This document shows, piece by piece, positions 59,740 through 64,000 of a stretch of DNA of 64,000 nucleotides (position 1 is its first letter; every line of letters begins with the position of its first letter). The notes beneath the pieces were generated by a model. The model was not told where the DNA came from and searched no databases. It saw only the letters and a list, made by a program, of their open reading frames with translations. The stretch is from NCBI GenBank assembly GCA_963707025.1, contig CAVPOM010000009.1, forward strand, positions 224,001 through 288,000. Direction: 5' to 3'. The position numbers were made by a program, and so were the translations under genes. This DNA comes from an uncultured Verrucomicrobiae bacterium. Its GTDB lineage: Bacteria > Verrucomicrobiota > Verrucomicrobiia > Limisphaerales > Palsa-1400.

Positions 59740-60615
59740 TCCTCTTTTGTCCATCCGCGTGCATCTGCCTTATCTGCGGGCCAAGGTCTTTTCCCGTTCC
59801 CTGCCGCGCTTCGTTCTGCGCCAAAATTTCACCACCGATTTCACGGATTCCACGGATAAGGATTTTGCATTCTGCATTCTGCATTCTGCATTCAGAACAT
59901 CCGTGTCATCAGTGCAATCCGTGGTTCAATCCTCTGCGGTTGCGGCTGTCCGCCTCCTTTGGCCGGGATTCCTGCCAACGCATTTCCGCCGACTCATCAA
60001 ACGCCAACTCCGTGAATTTCCGCAGCAAATCTCCAAGGGATTTTATCCTGTGAATCCTGTTCCTCCCGTCAAAATGTCTTTTCTGGTGAAAGCCGCGGCA
60101 TGATCCGCAAGAATTGAGCGGGACAAGACGAAGTTAGAAAGATGCAGTCAAAAAGATGTTTATGACTCCATTTTTTTGACAGAAAGAGAATCCAAACCAC
60201 CGATGGTCCAGCGCGGCAAAACCGCAACCAAAAATGAAATGGCCGCAAGAAAACCCAAGGATCGCAAAGACGGAACGACATAAGCTCTTCTCTTTGAGTT
60301 CTTTGCACTGCAATCCGTCAGAGTCGCTCATTTTTGCGAGAATGCTTCCACATCCGCGTTGATCCGTGTTCATCTGTGGTTCAATTCCTTTGGTTGCGGC
60401 TGGCCGCGCTGCGTTCCTTTGCGGCAAAAATCTCGTTGGAATTGCATGATCCATCACTTTTGTGGTACAGAGGACAGGAACCCGTTCATCAACCATCTCA
60501 CCGATTGGATGAGGCCGGGAAAGCTGGATGTAACACAATGTAACGGGGTGTAACGGGTGCGGTTTTCGTAAACCGTTGATAATCAACAACTGTAACGGTG
60601 TAACGGGTGTAGCGC
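59740..60615. repeat. Non-coding mosaic of nonamer, heptamer and TGTAAC repeats
   Basis: CACGGAT/ATCCGTG units, (TTCTGCA)n at 59863-59892, TGTAAC x5 at 60529-60604. Confidence 0.65.
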
Positions 60616-60786
60616 ACCTCACCCTGCCTGCATGAGTGGGTGTCGAACAAGTGCCCCCACACTGGCTGGCCAACCCAAAAACGAGTCGCAAGCCTTTCCC
60701 GGCCAACCCATGACTGACCCATTGCATAGACTACTCAAAACATCTCGCAATAAACAAGGCAGGTGTCTTTTCGCGCCGGAAGTGGT

Positions 60787-61527
60787 ATGAAGAGGGGGAA
60801 AGTGAAGATTTCAGTTGTCATTCCGGCGTTCAACGAGGAAAAGCTGCTCGGCGCGACCTTGCGCAGCATCCAGGCGGCGGGCGCGGCCTTCGGCGACCTG
60901 GGCTGGGCGATGGAAATCGTCGTGTGCGACAATAATTCCACCGACGCCACCGCGGAGCTGGCGCGCGCGGCGGGGGCGCGGGTGGTCTTTGAACCTGTCA
61001 ATCAAATCGCCCGCGCGCGCAACACGGGCGCGGCGGCGGCGGATGGAGAGTGGCTGGTTTTTGTGGACGCCGATTCGCACCCGGCGCGGGAGCTTTTCGC
61101 GGAAGTGGCCGGGGAAATCCAGTCGGGGCGCTGCCTGGCGGGCGGCTGCACGGTGCGGATGGATGAGCGCCATTTCGCGGGCGACTGCGGCACCGGCCTG
61201 TGGAACCTGCTCAGCCGGATGCTGAAATGGACGGCCGGCTCGTTTATTTTTTGCGAGACGGCGGCGTTTCGGAAGATAGGCGGATTCAGCCTGGAACTGT
61301 TCGCCTCGGAGGAAATTGACCTGAGCAGGCGGCTGAAAAAACTGGCGCGCCAGGAGAGGAAAAAAGTGGTCATCCTCCATCGTCATCCCCTGCTGACCTC
61401 GGCGCGAAAATTGTCCCTCTATACGCACCGGGAGTATCTCCGCTTTTTCGTCAGGGCGATTTTGCAGCCCCGAAAAACCACGACCAGCCGGGAGGCGTGC
61501 CAGCCATGGTACGACGGGAGAAGGTGA
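60787..61527 (+). CDS. Family 2 glycosyltransferase
   Basis: ISVVIPAFNEE, DNNSTD.T, ARNTGA, FVDAD, GGF...EEID, TSARK. Confidence 0.92.
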   Translation: MKRGKVKISVVIPAFNEEKLLGATLRSIQAAGAAFGDLGWAMEIVVCDNNSTDATAELARAAGARVVFEPVNQIARARNTGAAAADGEWLVFVDADSHPARELFAEVAGEIQSGRCLAGGCTVRMDERHFAGDCGTGLWNLLSRMLKWTAGSFIFCETAAFRKIGGFSLELFASEEIDLSRRLKKLARQERKKVVILHRHPLLTSARKLSLYTHREYLRFFVRAILQPRKTTTSREACQPWYDGRR

Positions 61528-61663
61528 TTGGAAAGAGAATTTCCAAACTTCCCTTCTGATCTTTCAAACCGCCGGCGGTTCCCCACCCCGCGCGGCAAAG
61601 CAAAGCCCCCGGAAAAGCAAATCCGCGGCGGCCATCAGATCAACCGCTATCGTGCCGCCCCGA

Positions 61664-62521
61664 TCATCCCCCTGGGGGCGGCACCACCGAGCCGTCGCAC
61701 ACCCAGTTGATGTCGGGCCTGCCGGGATCGGCCGCCTGGCCATTGATCGGGATGCAAATATAGGAGTATTTGAAATACCTGACGTGGGCATCGCTGAACA
61801 TGATGTTCGCCCCCGCGTCGTGCCGGGAGGATTCACGGGTGGTGTAGCACTGCGGGCTGCCCAGGATGTCCAAGTTGACGCTGGTGCTTCCGTAAAAGGG
61901 AGTTTCGTTCTCATGCGTGCGGTTGTCGGAAAACATCACGAAAGCAGAGGGATGCACCACGGCGGACTGCCTTAACCGCGTGCCATTGGGCTGACTCTCG
62001 GGAATGCCCTTGGAATTCATGCCATAGTTGAAAATGATCTGGCCATTGGGGATGGACGGGTCTATCGGCTGGAGATCCGAGGTGGGGCATTTGAAAATGG
62101 ATTTGCTGGTGTTGTAAACAGCCGAGGCGCCGGTAATGGCATATTCAAACAAAGGCTTGGACTGAATGTAGGGGGGAAGCGCGTTAAACCACGCGTCCGT
62201 TCCATAAGTGGTGCCTGTTTGCGCGTTCTCGAACTGGACATCAGTGAGGTCAACCCAGCTCGGAGTGTCCTCGTCGTAACCTGACGGGGTGTAGGGGGGG
62301 TCGGCGGGGATTTTGGTCAAGGGAAAGAATCCCCGGTAGTCGTCCAGGTACATGGTTTGGGCATATCCCCATTGTTTGAGGTTGCTGGAACAGGCGGCGC
62401 GATTGGCCTTTTCCTTGGCCTTGGCCAGGGCCGGAAGCAGCAGGGCCGCCAGAATCGCAATGATGGCGATCACCACCAACAGTTCGATCAGCGTGAAGGC
62501 CCGATTCTGTTTAGTGTTCAT
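61664..62521 (-). CDS. Prepilin-type N-methylation domain protein (H-X9-DG-like)
   Basis: [53 protein letters not shown]. Confidence 0.9.
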   Translation of the reverse strand: MNTKQNRAFTLIELLVVIAIIAILAALLLPALAKAKEKANRAACSSNLKQWGYAQTMYLDDYRGFFPLTKIPADPPYTPSGYDEDTPSWVDLTDVQFENAQTGTTYGTDAWFNALPPYIQSKPLFEYAITGASAVYNTSKSIFKCPTSDLQPIDPSIPNGQIIFNYGMNSKGIPESQPNGTRLRQSAVVHPSAFVMFSDNRTHENETPFYGSTSVNLDILGSPQCYTTRESSRHDAGANIMFSDAHVRYFKYSYICIPINGQAADPGRPDINWVCDGSVVPPPGG

Positions 62522-62808
62522 AAATCTTGCGCAATAATTCCTGGTTTCCAGGATTGCAACCGCCAGACAGATAACAGCGAACCCCCGCATCCTAATCCGG
62601 ACACATTACAATCAGGTGTCGGCATTGTGAAGATTGCGTCACAATTTATTCCCCGCGTGATGTTGGAAAAAAAGTCACAAAATCGTAACGCGCCCGCCGT
62701 TGCGATGCCATAAATCTTTGATTCATTCCTGTGCGCGCCGGGCTGGCTCGGTCGCAGTGTCAGACGGCGCGGAAGACCAAAGAACAAGCGCAGCATTTTG
62801 TTATGCAC

Positions 62809-64000
62809 ATGAACATGCACAAATTGGCTCTCACGCTGGCCGTGGCCGGCCTGGCCGCCGCAACGGCCCGCGCCCAGTTTGCACCCCGCCATCTTGCGGT
62901 GCTCCGCGCGGGGGATAACGCGGGCAACGCCGCATCGGATATCAGTCCCAATGGCCCCCATCAGTCCCCGACCTTCGTTGACGAATTTGATCCGGCCAAC
63001 CCCATCGTGGTTCCCAGCACCGACTCGCGCACCAACGGGCCTGTCTTTTCGGTGGCGATTCCCACCAACGATCCGGTCAGCGTTCCGCCCTACTCGGCCA
63101 TGTGGTTTAACGGCCATGCCGGCAGCGAAGGCTATCTCGCCCTGTCCGCCGACAACAGCACCCTGGCCTTTTCCGGTTACGGAGGCAATATCCTGGCCGT
63201 TTCCGGGACGCCGTCGGGACTGAACATTCCCCGGGGCGTTTGCGTGATTGACGTCGCGGGCAACACTTATATTCCCTACGAAGGGTCAGATTGGTATGGC
63301 CTTGGGGTCGGCCCCCTGACCAATCCCAGGGGGGCGGTTTCGGACAACGGCACCAACAATTTCTTTGGCTCCGGCGGCGCCGACGGCAATATATGGTTTC
63401 AAGCCGGTGGCGGGCCGCCGGTGGTCAACGCCAATCTCAGCGGGACCCGGGCCGTGAAAGCCATCAATGGGTTTGTTTACACCAGCCTGGAGCATGGTGA
63501 CGGCGGGCTGCAATATCCGGCGGGGATTTATGATTTCTCGCCCATCAACACGAGCTTTCAGATTTTGCCGCCGGTGGCGCTGCCGGAAGGCGACTTTTTC
63601 GTGCTCAATCTGGCTGTCCCCGCTTCGCCGCCTTACCTCAATGTGGAAGGGTTTGATCTCAACCCGCAGGGAAATATCGCCTACATGGCCGACGCCACTT
63701 ATGGCATTGCCAAGTATGTTGAGGTGGCGGGCCAATGGTCCCTGGCCTGCGTTTTCGCCATCACCAACAACACCATCCCCGTCCAGACCAGCTACCCGGC
63801 CGATTACACCGGCACCTTTGGGTTGGTGGTGGATTGGACGGGAAACAATCCAATTGTCTATGCCACCACCCAGGAAGGGATCAACGGCTACGCCAACTCC
63901 AACCGCGTCGTCAGCATTAATGACAGTTACAACTTCAGCGACGGCCTGGTGCATAGCAACGACATCACCGTCACCACGGTGGTCGCCGCCTGGTCCACCA
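62809..64000 (+). CDS. Large secreted beta-rich protein, runs off window end (not in ORF track)
   Basis: Open frame MNMHKLALTLAVAGLAAATARA-QFAPRHLAVLRAGD...SEGYLALSAD...; no stop before 64000. Confidence 0.8.
   Translation, partial: MNMHKLALTLAVAGLAAATARAQFAPRHLAVLRAGDNAGNAASDISPNGPHQSPTFVDEFDPANPIVVPSTDSRTNGPVFSVAIPTNDPVSVPPYSAMWFNGHAGSEGYLALSADNSTLAFSGYGGNILAVSGTPSGLNIPRGVCVIDVAGNTYIPYEGSDWYGLGVGPLTNPRGAVSDNGTNNFFGSGGADGNIWFQAGGGPPVVNANLSGTRAVKAINGFVYTSLEHGDGGLQYPAGIYDFSPINTSFQILPPVALPEGDFFVLNLAVPASPPYLNVEGFDLNPQGNIAYMADATYGIAKYVEVAGQWSLACVFAITNNTIPVQTSYPADYTGTFGLVVDWTGNNPIVYATTQEGINGYANSNRVVSINDSYNFSDGLVHSNDITVTTVVAAWST

Noticed and set aside
59434..60727. Short ORFs across the repeat mosaic
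   Set aside because: They are translations of repeats (e.g. FCILHSAF) with no coding signal

Overview
GC-rich bacterial chromosomal segment. Gene style suggests Verrucomicrobiota, probably Pedosphaera/Limisphaera-like (inferred from multiple H-X9-DG pseudopilins, an ECF sigma with a long C-terminal extension, a long LepB and many intergenic repeats). In order it holds: a class III PHA operon (phaA-phaE-phaC); redox enzymes; a DUF5695-like protein and an M6-like protease; a frameshifted hybrid kinase; a late flagellar locus (fliC, fliD, two unknowns, flgM, fliS, FliT/FlgN-like) with two sigma-28 promoters and a CsrA-type leader; lepB; a kinase with a degenerate HD-GYP regulator; complete IS4 and IS630 elements (the IS630 splits a small membrane gene); a sigma-70, apt and a PAP2-glycosyltransferase fusion; glycoside hydrolases; nfeD-stomatin; an ECF sigma apparently fused to a pseudopilin-like domain, followed by a sigma-less sibling; a PhoB-like regulator with a Pho-box-like repeat; a TonB receptor; tmk, cysS, pilT and pduO; and a variable region (nested MITE/REP elements, a broken toxin-antitoxin pair, low-GC T5orf172 and DUF2971 genes, mosaic repeats). 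Four single-base frameshifts in short homopolymers cluster at 12.5-18.8 kb and may be assembly errors. No rRNA, tRNA or CRISPR array was seen. All family calls are by eye and need HMM confirmation.
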